From an uncultured Rhodospirillaceae bacterium (GTDB taxonomy: Bacteria > Pseudomonadota > Alphaproteobacteria > UBA11136), in NCBI GenBank assembly GCA_964482135.1, contig CAYZWF010000006.1:4438-68437 (forward strand): a stretch of 64,000 bases of DNA, written 5' to 3'. Each line of letters starts with the position of its first letter. Positions within the stretch are counted from its first letter, which is position 1. This document shows positions 9,099 to 17,865 of the stretch, piece by piece. The position numbers and the translations under genes are program-made. The notes under the pieces are model-generated. The model had not been told where the DNA came from and made no database searches. It saw only the letters and a program-made list of their open reading frames with translations.

Positions 9099-10534
9099 GC
9101 GCCACCCGCATCGTCTGTACCATCGGCCCGGTTACCAATAATGAACCGGCGCTACGCGATCTGGCAGCGGCGGGAATGAACGTGGCCCGGCTCAATGGCT
9201 CCCACGGCGATCTTGACTGGCATGCCGCCGCTATCGCCCTGCTGCGCGAGGTGGCGCCCGAGATTCCGATTCTTCTCGATATTCCCGGACGCAAGATTCG
9301 CACCACCGACTTGGCTCACGAGCCCGAATTCGCGCGCGGCGATACGGTAATACTGACCACCGAAGAAGGTCATGACGGTTCCGAAAAAGTGCCCGTCAAC
9401 CGGGCCTCTTTGCATGAAGAGGTGAGCGCGGGCGACGTGATCCTGGCCGATGACGGCACCTTGAAATTCAACGTGGAAAAGGTCACGGGACAAGACATCC
9501 ATCTCCAGGCCGAAGGGCCGGGAAAGCTCAAGAGCCGCAAGGGAATCAACGTTCCCTCGCTCTCCCTGGCGGGTGAGGGGGTGACACAGCGTGACCGTGA
9601 CATGATGGCCTTTGCCCGCGAACACGGCGTTGATTACATCGGTATCAGCTTCGTTGATTCCGCCGAACATGTGAACGCGGTGCGCGAACTGTGCGGCGGT
9701 AACTGGCCGCGTATCGTCTCTAAGGTGGAAAACCAGGGCGGGCTGGATAATCTCGAACAGATCGTGGAGGCCACCGATGCGGTAATGATCGACCGCGGTG
9801 ATTTGTCGGTGGAAACCAATCTCGAAAACCTGGCTTTGTTCCAGAAACACATCCTCGATGTATCCCGCGCCCACGGCAAGCCGGTGATTGTGGCCACGGA
9901 AATGCTCCATACCATGATCGAGAATTCCTTCCCCACCAAGGCCGAGGTTAGCGACATCACCAATGCCGTTCTCGATGGCTGTTCCGCCGCCATGTTGTCG
10001 GGGGAGACGGCGGTGGGCGCCCACGCCACGGAATCGGTGGCGGTCATGCGGCGGGTCGCCGATGCCGCCGAAGCCGATCTTCAGGCGCGGCTCGACGACG
10101 GGCGCGAAGCGGCACGCCGCGGCGACCGGCCCACCAGCGTGCCTCAGGCCATGGAAGATGCGGTGGCCTTGATCTGCCGTTCACTGCCCATCACCAAGAT
10201 CGTCGCCGTGACTATCTCCGGCTATGCCGCCCGCATGACGGCGGCGCGGCGTCCCAGCCAGCCCATCATCGGCGTCAGCAACGACGCCATGGCGGCGCGC
10301 AGCTTCAACCTTTTCTGGGGCGCCCAGGGTGTGCATGTGGACATTCCCTTTTCCAAGACCTCCACCGATCATGTGGTGAAATGCCTTGAGGAACTGTGGC
10401 GGCGCGGCATTCTCGACGACCATGACCTGATTTTGGTGACGGCCTTGGGCTATCCCCGCTCAGGCAACCGCATGAATCTTCTCCAGACCCATGCGGTCTG
10501 TGACCTTGTGGAATCCCTGAGCTGGAAAAAATAA
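9095..10534 (+). CDS. Pyruvate kinase family protein (divergent paralogue)
   Basis: 479 aa. Has 'VCTIGP', 'MNVARLNGSHG', 'SKVENQGG' and 'MIDRGDLS'. Canonical motifs are altered: 'ATEMLHTM' for ATQMLESM, 'SGETAVG' for SGETAKG. It is translationally coupled to sat. Confidence 0.75.
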   Translation: MSATRIVCTIGPVTNNEPALRDLAAAGMNVARLNGSHGDLDWHAAAIALLREVAPEIPILLDIPGRKIRTTDLAHEPEFARGDTVILTTEEGHDGSEKVPVNRASLHEEVSAGDVILADDGTLKFNVEKVTGQDIHLQAEGPGKLKSRKGINVPSLSLAGEGVTQRDRDMMAFAREHGVDYIGISFVDSAEHVNAVRELCGGNWPRIVSKVENQGGLDNLEQIVEATDAVMIDRGDLSVETNLENLALFQKHILDVSRAHGKPVIVATEMLHTMIENSFPTKAEVSDITNAVLDGCSAAMLSGETAVGAHATESVAVMRRVADAAEADLQARLDDGREAARRGDRPTSVPQAMEDAVALICRSLPITKIVAVTISGYAARMTAARRPSQPIIGVSNDAMAARSFNLFWGAQGVHVDIPFSKTSTDHVVKCLEELWRRGILDDHDLILVTALGYPRSGNRMNLLQTHAVCDLVESLSWKK

Positions 10535-10599
10535 GGTCTGGAAAAATAATTAAGCGCAGGAGATACCGGGCGGCTCCGCCGCTCTAGGAAAACGCCCTC

Positions 10600-12546
10600 A
10601 TGTGCGGTTTTGCCGGTTTCATTGACCTCGCCCGGCGTACGCCGGAAGCCGACCTTCTGGCGCGGGCCGAAGGCATGGCCGCGCGACTCTATCATCGTGG
10701 CCCCGACGGCGATGGTGTATGGGCCGATGCGGGCACCGGGCTGGGGCTGGGGCATCGCCGGCTTGCCATCCTCGATCTTTCTCCCGCCGGGCATCAGCCC
10801 ATGGTTTCGGCCGATGGCCGTTATGTGATCGCTTATAACGGCGAGGTCTATAATTTCCCCGAACTGCGCGCCGAGTTGGAGGCTGGGGGCGTGGCCTTTC
10901 GTGGCAGCTGTGATACCGAGGTGGTGGTGGAAGCCATCGCCGCCTGGGGCCTTGAACGCGCGCTGGGGCGCATGGTGGGCATGTTCGCCTTTGCCCTGTG
11001 GGACAAGGCCGAACGCGTTCTTTGCTTGGCGTGTGACCGGCTCGGCATCAAACCGCTCTATTGGGGCCGTTGCGGGGAGCATTTTCTCTTTGCTTCCGAG
11101 ATCAAGGCTCTGCGCGCCCATCCCGCCTGGACGGCAACGGTGGACCGGGACGCGCTGGCGGCGTATTTGCGCTTCGGCTATGTGCCGGCACCACGCAGTA
11201 TCTATGCCGGCATTGCCAAACTTGAGGCGGGCACCTTCCTCACTCTGCGCGAGGGGGGCGAAGCGGAAATCCGGCGCTATTGGGATTTGCGGGAAATCAC
11301 GCTTTCCTCCCGCGCCCGGCTACGGGACCTGGACGATGCGGAAGCCACCGACCGGCTCGACAGCCTTTTACGTGATGCGGTGAAGGGGCGTATGGTGGCC
11401 GACGTGCCGCTGGGGGCGTTTCTCTCCGGCGGCGTGGACAGTTCCACCGTCACCGCCCTGATGCAGGATCAGAGCTCGCGCCCGGTGGAAACTTTTTCCA
11501 TCGGTTTTTCCGAGTCCGCTTTCGACGAATCGAGCGAGGCCGACGCCGTGGCCCGTCATCTCGGCACCGATCATACGGAACTTATGGTTTCGCCCGCCGA
11601 TGCGCGGGCGGTGATTCCCCATCTGCCGCATATCTATGACGAGCCCTTCGCCGATTCCTCCCAGATTCCCACTTATCTGGTGTCACGGCTGGCGCGTCAC
11701 CGGGTGAGCGTGGCGCTGTCGGGGGATGGCGGCGATGAAATGTTCGCGGGCTATAACCGCCATCGTCTGGCGGCGGGGGTGTGGCCACGCCTGGGGCGAG
11801 TTCCCCCGGCGCTGAGGGGGATGGCCGCTTCCTGTCTGCGAACCCTTCCGCCACGGCTGTGGGATATGTTGTTCGCGCCTTCACCGAAACGTCTGCGCCA
11901 TGTGCTTACTGGCGACCGCATGCACAAACTGGCGGCGGTGCTCGCCAGCGCTAATGACGCCGATCTCTACGGGAGGCTGGTAAGCCAGTGGCCCGATCCG
12001 GAATCGCTGGTTGTTGAGGGCGCATGCGAGGGGGAACAAATATGGAATGATCCGGGCCTTGTGCGCGACCTGCCGGATCTCATGGCGCGCATGCGTTACA
12101 TGGACACGGTGGGCTACCTTCCCGGAGATATCCTGACCAAGCTCGATCGTGCCAGCATGGCCGTCAGCCTTGAGGCCCGGGTGCCGCTCATCGACCATCG
12201 GGTGGCGGAATTTGCCGCCGGCGTGCCTCCGCATATGCTGATCCGGGGGCGGCGCGGCAAATGGCTGTTGCGTCAGGTGCTGCACCGTTATGTGCCGGAG
12301 GAACTGGTAACGCGCCCCAAGACCGGCTTCGGTGTGCCTCTTGATTCCTGGTTACGGGGACCGCTGCGCGACTGGGCCGAGGGCCTGTTATCGCGGTCGC
12401 GACTCGAGGAAGAGGGATTCTTCGCACCCGTGCCGGTACGCCGGGTGTGGAAGGAACATCTTTCGGGACGCCGCAATCATCAGCACAAGCTGTGGGCGGT
12501 GCTCATGTTCCAGGCCTGGTACACGGGCGAACATTCCCTGAATTGA
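10600..12546 (+). CDS. Asparagine synthetase B-family glutamine amidotransferase (second copy)
   Basis: 648 aa. 'MCGFAGFID' Ntn nucleophile. 'FLSGGVDSS' PP-loop. Confidence 0.85.
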   Translation: MCGFAGFIDLARRTPEADLLARAEGMAARLYHRGPDGDGVWADAGTGLGLGHRRLAILDLSPAGHQPMVSADGRYVIAYNGEVYNFPELRAELEAGGVAFRGSCDTEVVVEAIAAWGLERALGRMVGMFAFALWDKAERVLCLACDRLGIKPLYWGRCGEHFLFASEIKALRAHPAWTATVDRDALAAYLRFGYVPAPRSIYAGIAKLEAGTFLTLREGGEAEIRRYWDLREITLSSRARLRDLDDAEATDRLDSLLRDAVKGRMVADVPLGAFLSGGVDSSTVTALMQDQSSRPVETFSIGFSESAFDESSEADAVARHLGTDHTELMVSPADARAVIPHLPHIYDEPFADSSQIPTYLVSRLARHRVSVALSGDGGDEMFAGYNRHRLAAGVWPRLGRVPPALRGMAASCLRTLPPRLWDMLFAPSPKRLRHVLTGDRMHKLAAVLASANDADLYGRLVSQWPDPESLVVEGACEGEQIWNDPGLVRDLPDLMARMRYMDTVGYLPGDILTKLDRASMAVSLEARVPLIDHRVAEFAAGVPPHMLIRGRRGKWLLRQVLHRYVPEELVTRPKTGFGVPLDSWLRGPLRDWAEGLLSRSRLEEEGFFAPVPVRRVWKEHLSGRRNHQHKLWAVLMFQAWYTGEHSLN

Positions 12547-12579
12547 CGCTGCGGGACATGGCCTCTCAGTATTGTCTTC

Positions 12580-13422
12580 TCAGCCTGCCGCCGCCCTCTT
12601 ATGGAGAACCGGCATGAGATCGAAATAGGGACGGATCAGCGGCGAGTCCGATGATTCGAATTCCGCGAAGGGACCATCGAAAGACACCAGCCCCTCATGC
12701 AGCATCACGGTGCGCGGCTGGAGGCGGCCCAGCAGATCCTTGTCATGGGTAATGATCACCGTGGTTCGTTCAGGGCCGCCGGTTTTGCGGTCGAAATGGG
12801 TGGCGAGAATCAGATCCTGGATCTGAACCGCGCTGCTGGGGTCGAGTCCGGTGGTGGGTTCGTCGTAGAAGATGACATTCGGGTCCATGGACAGCGCCCG
12901 GGCCACGGCAAGGCGTTTGGCCATGCCGCCGGAAAGGTCGTTGGTGTCGGTGTTGAGAAAATCGTCGTCAGTGGGTAGGGCCACCGCCGTCAATACCGAG
13001 CGCGCGATGGGACGGATGGCGTTGTCACCGAGCTCTCTCACCTCTTCGAGCCAGAGGCTGATATTGTCGTAGACGGTACCCGAGAACAGCGCATTGTTCT
13101 GAAAGACCACACCCCAATGGGTATGGATGGTGTCGAGTTCCGCATCATCAAGGAGCGACGGGTCCACCAGCGCTGCCCCGGGTTGTTCGTGGTCGGCCAC
13201 CAGGATGCGGCCGGCATCGGGGGAAAGCAGGCCCAGGATGTGGTTGAGAAGCACCGTCTTGCCGCAGCCCGACCCGCCGACCACGGCCACCACCTCGCCG
13301 CGGTGTATTTCCAGATCTACCCCGCGCAGCACATGATGGTCGTCGAAGGCCCCCCACAGGCCTTCCACGCAAATCTCCACGGCCTGTACAGCTTCGTTGC
13401 CTGCTTGCCTCTTGTTACCCAT
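12580..13422 (-). CDS. Orphan ABC transporter ATP-binding protein (MlaF-like)
   Basis: 280 aa. Walker A 'GGSGCGKT', signature 'LSGGMAKR', Walker B 'IFYDEPTTGLD'. No permease gene is adjacent. Confidence 0.8.
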   Translation of the reverse strand: MGNKRQAGNEAVQAVEICVEGLWGAFDDHHVLRGVDLEIHRGEVVAVVGGSGCGKTVLLNHILGLLSPDAGRILVADHEQPGAALVDPSLLDDAELDTIHTHWGVVFQNNALFSGTVYDNISLWLEEVRELGDNAIRPIARSVLTAVALPTDDDFLNTDTNDLSGGMAKRLAVARALSMDPNVIFYDEPTTGLDPSSAVQIQDLILATHFDRKTGGPERTTVIITHDKDLLGRLQPRTVMLHEGLVSFDGPFAEFESSDSPLIRPYFDLMPVLHKRAAAG

Positions 13423-13633
13423 GGAGCCAGACTACACGAAGCGTCGCCCCCATACACGTCCCGGGACGAAACGGGGATGGCAAAACGGGGCGGGTTGAAA
13501 ACATTTCCAGACAGCCCCATGTTTAGTGAGCTTCGTCACAGACAATGACAATGGTTGTTGTGGTAATGAAGGCTCTCTGCCTTCGGGCTGAGTTCCCTGG
13601 GCACTTCGCCTGAAAGCCCCGGCAAGAGTAATT

Positions 13634-14032
13634 TTGGAGGAAACCATGACGGATTTTTCCAGTTTGAAAGTTCTGGTGGCGGATGACGACCAGCTTTTTC
13701 TCGATTTTGTTAAAATGGTCCTGAACGATTTGACAATCCGGGATGTGGTTTCCGTGGGTGACGGCGCCGATGCGGTCCGTAAAATTATCGAAACCGAGCA
13801 GGATTTTGATCTTGTGGTCTGCGACTATGAGATGCCCGGTTTCAGCGGCATGGATGTCTTTCGTCTTATCCGCAAGGCGAATATTCCGACAAAATTCGTG
13901 ATGATTACCGCCCGTGACCGTAGCGAGGACGCGGAAACCATCTCCGGCGGCGGCTGTGAAAACTTTATTGCCAAGCCCGTTGAGCCTAAGACGCTTCGTG
14001 ACACGCTGGAGGCTATCCTTCAGGAGAGCTGA
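13634..14032 (+). CDS. Single-domain response regulator (CheY-like receiver)
   Basis: 132 aa. 'VLVADDD', the phospho-Asp context 'LVVCDYEMPGFSG', and conserved T/K ('MITA...KP'). Confidence 0.8.
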   Translation: MEETMTDFSSLKVLVADDDQLFLDFVKMVLNDLTIRDVVSVGDGADAVRKIIETEQDFDLVVCDYEMPGFSGMDVFRLIRKANIPTKFVMITARDRSEDAETISGGGCENFIAKPVEPKTLRDTLEAILQES

Positions 14033-14112
14033 AAAGATTCGTTGCGGGGGGCAAAGAATAAAAACACGGCCTGCCATAGGGCGGACCTGTGGTGTGTTTT
14101 CTTGAGGTTCTC

Positions 14113-14672
14113 TTACGAAGCCCCGTCCAATACCTCGCGCACCCTGAAGGCCAGCTCATCTTTCCGGTAGGGCTTGAGAATCATGGGAAACGTTACGTCC
14201 CCCTTCATTTTTTCCCTTATTTCATCGGGATTATAGCCGGTGCATAAAAGCACCCCTATATCCGGGTCGAGCTTCCGGGCTTTTTTGGCAAGTTCCACCC
14301 CGGACATGCCGCCTGGCATGACTACGTCGGTGAGCAAGAGGTGAATTTTTTTCCCGCCCTGCTGACCTTGACCTCCACGGGAAACACGGTGCCGTCCTTG
14401 CGCTGGTGGGTGCTCTCGAAGCGTTTGGACCGGACCCGGCGCAGCTCTTCCCAGTGCAGGGGCCATCCCTTGTGAGAGGCATTGGGATCAATGTCGGGGA
14501 TGGACATGCCGACGAGCTCTTCCCTGGCATAGCCAAGGTCTTCGCAAGCGGCATTGTTGGCATAAAAAATCCGTGCATCCCGGGTCATGCCGTAATAGGC
14601 GTCCCGGGTATGATCAAGCGAGAACTGAGACAGCTCCAGGGCCTTGTCAGCCTTTTTGAAGTATCTGAACAC
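14113..14672 (-). pseudogene. Decayed sensor gene: a PAS domain joined to the C-terminal two-thirds of a receiver domain across a frameshift. No kinase core is present.
   Basis: ORF 14322..14672 is a PAS domain ('GMTRDARIFYANNAACEDLGY...DGTVFPVEVKVSRAGKK'). ORF 14113..14466 carries only the 'IHLLLTDVVMPGGMSGVEL...' half of a REC domain. The two frames meet at a T7/A7 homopolymer at about 14346-14352. Confidence 0.6.
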
Positions 14673-14941
14673 GGCGAGATCTTCCCCCGTGCGGTATTGT
14701 GCATAAATTCACTGTGCTTTGGTAGAAAAAGCTCACCCGGGCCGGTACGCCGCGGCAGGCGGGACATAACGCGCCGTTTCAATATGGAGAGATGCAAAAA
14801 CTGGGGGTTTACGGGTGTTGTGCGGGGAAGCCAGGCAGCTCTCGTTAACGGTAAATTTCAGGGCGTGGATGGAAATATCCGATACGTCGAACAGCTTCGA
14901 AAGGGCATATTTCTTTAGTAAGAATAAAGCGGAGACAAAGC

Positions 14942-16144
14942 ATGTCCGATAAAGAATTATTACAAAATAAAACGGAAAAAGAGGTTCTTAGAGTCTACCA
15001 AAAAGTAAACCCCTCCACATACCCGATCGAAGAAGACCCCAAGGAATACCGGCGCAGAATGGATTTCATGGAGGACCTGTTTCTCCATCGCCTTAATTTT
15101 CCACCTAAAATGTTCAAGGATGCGACCCTTCTCGACTTCGGAACAGGGACCGGAGAGAACTCGCTGTTTTATCTGGTGGCAGGGGCTTCGTGTACCTTTG
15201 TGGAAATGAACCAGCTGGCCTGCCAGAGAGCCGAAAAATTATTTAAACAATTTTCTTCAGAGTCATCAAAATGGGAAATCGTCAACGAGTCCCTTTTCGA
15301 TTTTAACAGCGACGAATCATACGACATCGTTATTTCTAACGGTGTTATTCACACCACATCGGACAAGGAAAAGGCGATTGAAATAAAGTCCAAGCACTTG
15401 AAAAACGGGGGTTTCCTCGTTCTTGGCATCGCCAATTCCGCGGGCTCATTCCAACGCAACCTGCAACGGGCCATTCTCTATCATTTCGCCACAAGTGACG
15501 AAGATATTGCCTCTCTTGCCGAGGAACTGTTCGCCGACCATTTGGATCGTGCCGAAAAATTCAGTAGCCGGGACAGGAAGGCGATCATATACGATTCTTA
15601 CGTAAATCCTAAACTCGATACTCCGAGCGTATCGGAAATTTTGAATTGGTTTTCAAAGAACGGCCTGGTCATGTATTCGTCATGGCCGCCCATCATCCCG
15701 GCGATTCTTGGTGATCCGGCGGACAGAAAACCGTTGCCGCTCGAAGACTTTCCCAGCCTGATGAGCCTTGCGGAAATTATCTATTTAAGTCATTCCGACG
15801 ATGATGCGATCGTCTTGGCCGAAACCGAAAAAGGAATGGAGCCGGCCATTAAATCGTTTAAGGAGATTGTCGATTTGCTGAGTGATGTGACACCCAATGG
15901 GCGCATCGAAGTTGATGATGCCATTAAAAAAATCGATACATTCCAGGCGGGAGAAAAAAGATTAGATCCGTATCTTCCTCATATGGACAGGCTGACGAAC
16001 GCTCTGGAAGAAACCAAATGTATTATTGAGGCCCTCAAAAAAGATGACATCAATGGTGTCAAAAAATGCATCGAAGATACAAAAGTGCTTTTTAAGGGAA
16101 CACATGGATTGGGAATGAGCTGGTATATCGGGTATAAGCGCTAA
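14942..16144 (+). CDS. SAM-dependent methyltransferase with an uncharacterised ~200-aa C-terminal domain (copy 1)
   Basis: 400 aa. 'LLDFGTGTGENSLF' motif I and 'YDIVISNGVIHT' motif II in the N-terminal half. Only about 42% GC. Confidence 0.75.
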   Translation: MSDKELLQNKTEKEVLRVYQKVNPSTYPIEEDPKEYRRRMDFMEDLFLHRLNFPPKMFKDATLLDFGTGTGENSLFYLVAGASCTFVEMNQLACQRAEKLFKQFSSESSKWEIVNESLFDFNSDESYDIVISNGVIHTTSDKEKAIEIKSKHLKNGGFLVLGIANSAGSFQRNLQRAILYHFATSDEDIASLAEELFADHLDRAEKFSSRDRKAIIYDSYVNPKLDTPSVSEILNWFSKNGLVMYSSWPPIIPAILGDPADRKPLPLEDFPSLMSLAEIIYLSHSDDDAIVLAETEKGMEPAIKSFKEIVDLLSDVTPNGRIEVDDAIKKIDTFQAGEKRLDPYLPHMDRLTNALEETKCIIEALKKDDINGVKKCIEDTKVLFKGTHGLGMSWYIGYKR

Positions 16145-16168
16145 ATAAAAATAAGACGGAGACAAAGC

Positions 16169-17371
16169 ATGTCCGATAAAGAATTATTACAAAATAAAAC
16201 GGAAAAAGAGGTTCTTAGAGTCTACCAAAAAGTAAACCCCTCCACATACCCGATCGAAGAAGACCCCAAGGAATACCGGCGCAGAATGGATTTCATGGAG
16301 GACCTGTTTCTCCATCGCCTTAATTTTCCACCTAAAATGTTCAAGGATGCGACCCTTCTCGACTTCGGAACAGGGACCGGAGAGAACTCGCTGTTTTATC
16401 TGGTGGCAGGGGCTTCGTGTACCTTTGTGGAAATGAACCAGCTGGCCTGCCAGAGAGCCGAAAAATTATTTAAACAATTTTCTTCAGAGTCATCAAAATG
16501 GGAAATCGTCAACGAGTCCCTTTTCGATTTTAACAGCGACGAATCATACGACATCGTTATTTCTAACGGTGTTATTCACACCACATCGGACAAGGAAAAG
16601 GCGATTGAAATAAAGTCCAAGCACTTGAAAAACGGGGGTTTCCTCGTTCTTGGCATCGCCAATTCCGCGGGCTCATTCCAACGCAACCTGCAACGGGCCA
16701 TTCTCTATCATTTCGCCACAAGTGACGAAGATATTGCCTCTCTTGCCGAGGAACTGTTCGCCGACCATTTGGATCGTGCCGAAAAATTCAGTAGCCGGGA
16801 CAGGAAGGCGATCATATACGATTCTTACGTAAATCCTAAACTCGATACTCCGAGCGTATCGGAAATTTTGAATTGGTTTTCAAAGAACGGCCTGGTCATG
16901 TATTCGTCATGGCCGCCCATCATCCCGGCGATTCTTGGTGATCCGGCGGACAGAAAACCGTTGCCGCTCGAAGACTTTCCCAGCCTGATGAGCCTTGCGG
17001 AAATTATCTATTTAAGTCATTCCGACGATGATGCGATCGTCTTGGCCGAAACCGAAAAAGGAATGGAGCCGGCCATTAAATCGTTTAAGGAGATTGTCGA
17101 TTTGCTGAGTGATGTGACACCCAATGGGCGCATCGAAGTTGATGATGCCATTAAAAAAATCGATACATTCCAGGCGGGAGAAAAAAGATTAGATCCGTAT
17201 CTTCCTCATATGGACAGGCTGACGAACGCTCTGGAAGAAACCAAATGTATTATTGAGGCCCTCAAAAAAGATGACATCAATGGTGTCAAAAAATGCATCG
17301 AAGATACAAAAGTGCTTTTTAAGGGCACGCACGGATTGGGAATGAATTGGTATATCGGGTATAAAGCTTGA
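16169..17371 (+). CDS. SAM-dependent methyltransferase with an uncharacterised C-terminal domain (copy 2)
   Basis: 400 aa. Identical to copy 1 except for the last residues (…GMSWYIGYKR versus …GMNWYIGYKA). Confidence 0.75.
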   Translation: MSDKELLQNKTEKEVLRVYQKVNPSTYPIEEDPKEYRRRMDFMEDLFLHRLNFPPKMFKDATLLDFGTGTGENSLFYLVAGASCTFVEMNQLACQRAEKLFKQFSSESSKWEIVNESLFDFNSDESYDIVISNGVIHTTSDKEKAIEIKSKHLKNGGFLVLGIANSAGSFQRNLQRAILYHFATSDEDIASLAEELFADHLDRAEKFSSRDRKAIIYDSYVNPKLDTPSVSEILNWFSKNGLVMYSSWPPIIPAILGDPADRKPLPLEDFPSLMSLAEIIYLSHSDDDAIVLAETEKGMEPAIKSFKEIVDLLSDVTPNGRIEVDDAIKKIDTFQAGEKRLDPYLPHMDRLTNALEETKCIIEALKKDDINGVKKCIEDTKVLFKGTHGLGMNWYIGYKA

Positions 17372-17570
17372 CTGCGTACCAAGAATCTCTAAACCAGGAA
17401 TTCCCGCGCTTGGACAAAATAGGGCGCTGGTCGTTTTCTTCTTTTCTTTCTGTCCATATCACTGTCCATATCAAATAAAAATGTTTGGCGCTTGCCCCCG
17501 GGACTGGATCAAACTGGACGCCAATCAGAATCGGCTAAATTGATTTTATTCTCAGGAGATTTTACCAGGC

Positions 17571-17864
17571 ATGTCAGCTAAATCCGCCCTTGAGATCGTC
17601 CAGACCGCAATTTCTGAAGTAAACGAACAGAACGACGACGGCCAGGCCATCGACGCCGCGCCGGAAACGGTGCTTCTCGGACCCGGCGGCGTCGCCGATT
17701 CATTAATTCTGGTAAATATCGTAGTGGCGGTCGAACAGAACCTGGAGGCCCAGACCGGCACCTACGTGACGCTTATCGAAGACGACACCGTTCTGGGTGA
17801 TGATGGCCCCTTGCGGACGGTTGGAAGTCTCGTCGAATTTGTCGCTGGGAAAATGGGCGGATGA
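17571..17864 (+). CDS. Acyl carrier protein-like (phosphopantetheine attachment 'DSL')
   Basis: 97 aa, acidic. 'GGVADSLILVNIVVAVEQ' matches the ACP helix-2 serine motif. Confidence 0.6.
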   Translation: MSAKSALEIVQTAISEVNEQNDDGQAIDAAPETVLLGPGGVADSLILVNIVVAVEQNLEAQTGTYVTLIEDDTVLGDDGPLRTVGSLVEFVAGKMGG

Positions 17865-17865
17865 T

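Larger units (their letters stand above)
14931..17384 (+). repeat. Direct tandem duplication, two units of 1227 bp each containing the RBS plus the methyltransferase gene
   Basis: Units start at about 14931 and about 16158 with 'ggagacaaagcatgtccgataaa'. They are identical for about 1.18 kb and diverge only in the last ~50 bp. Confidence 0.85.

Noticed and set aside
17797-17865. ATG starts for the SDR gene overlapping the ACP gene by about 68 nt.
   Set aside because: The Rossmann motif begins right after the GTG at 17866, which sits 2 nt after the ACP stop. The upstream residues 'MMMAPCGRLEVSSN' look like out-of-frame translation of the ACP 3' end.
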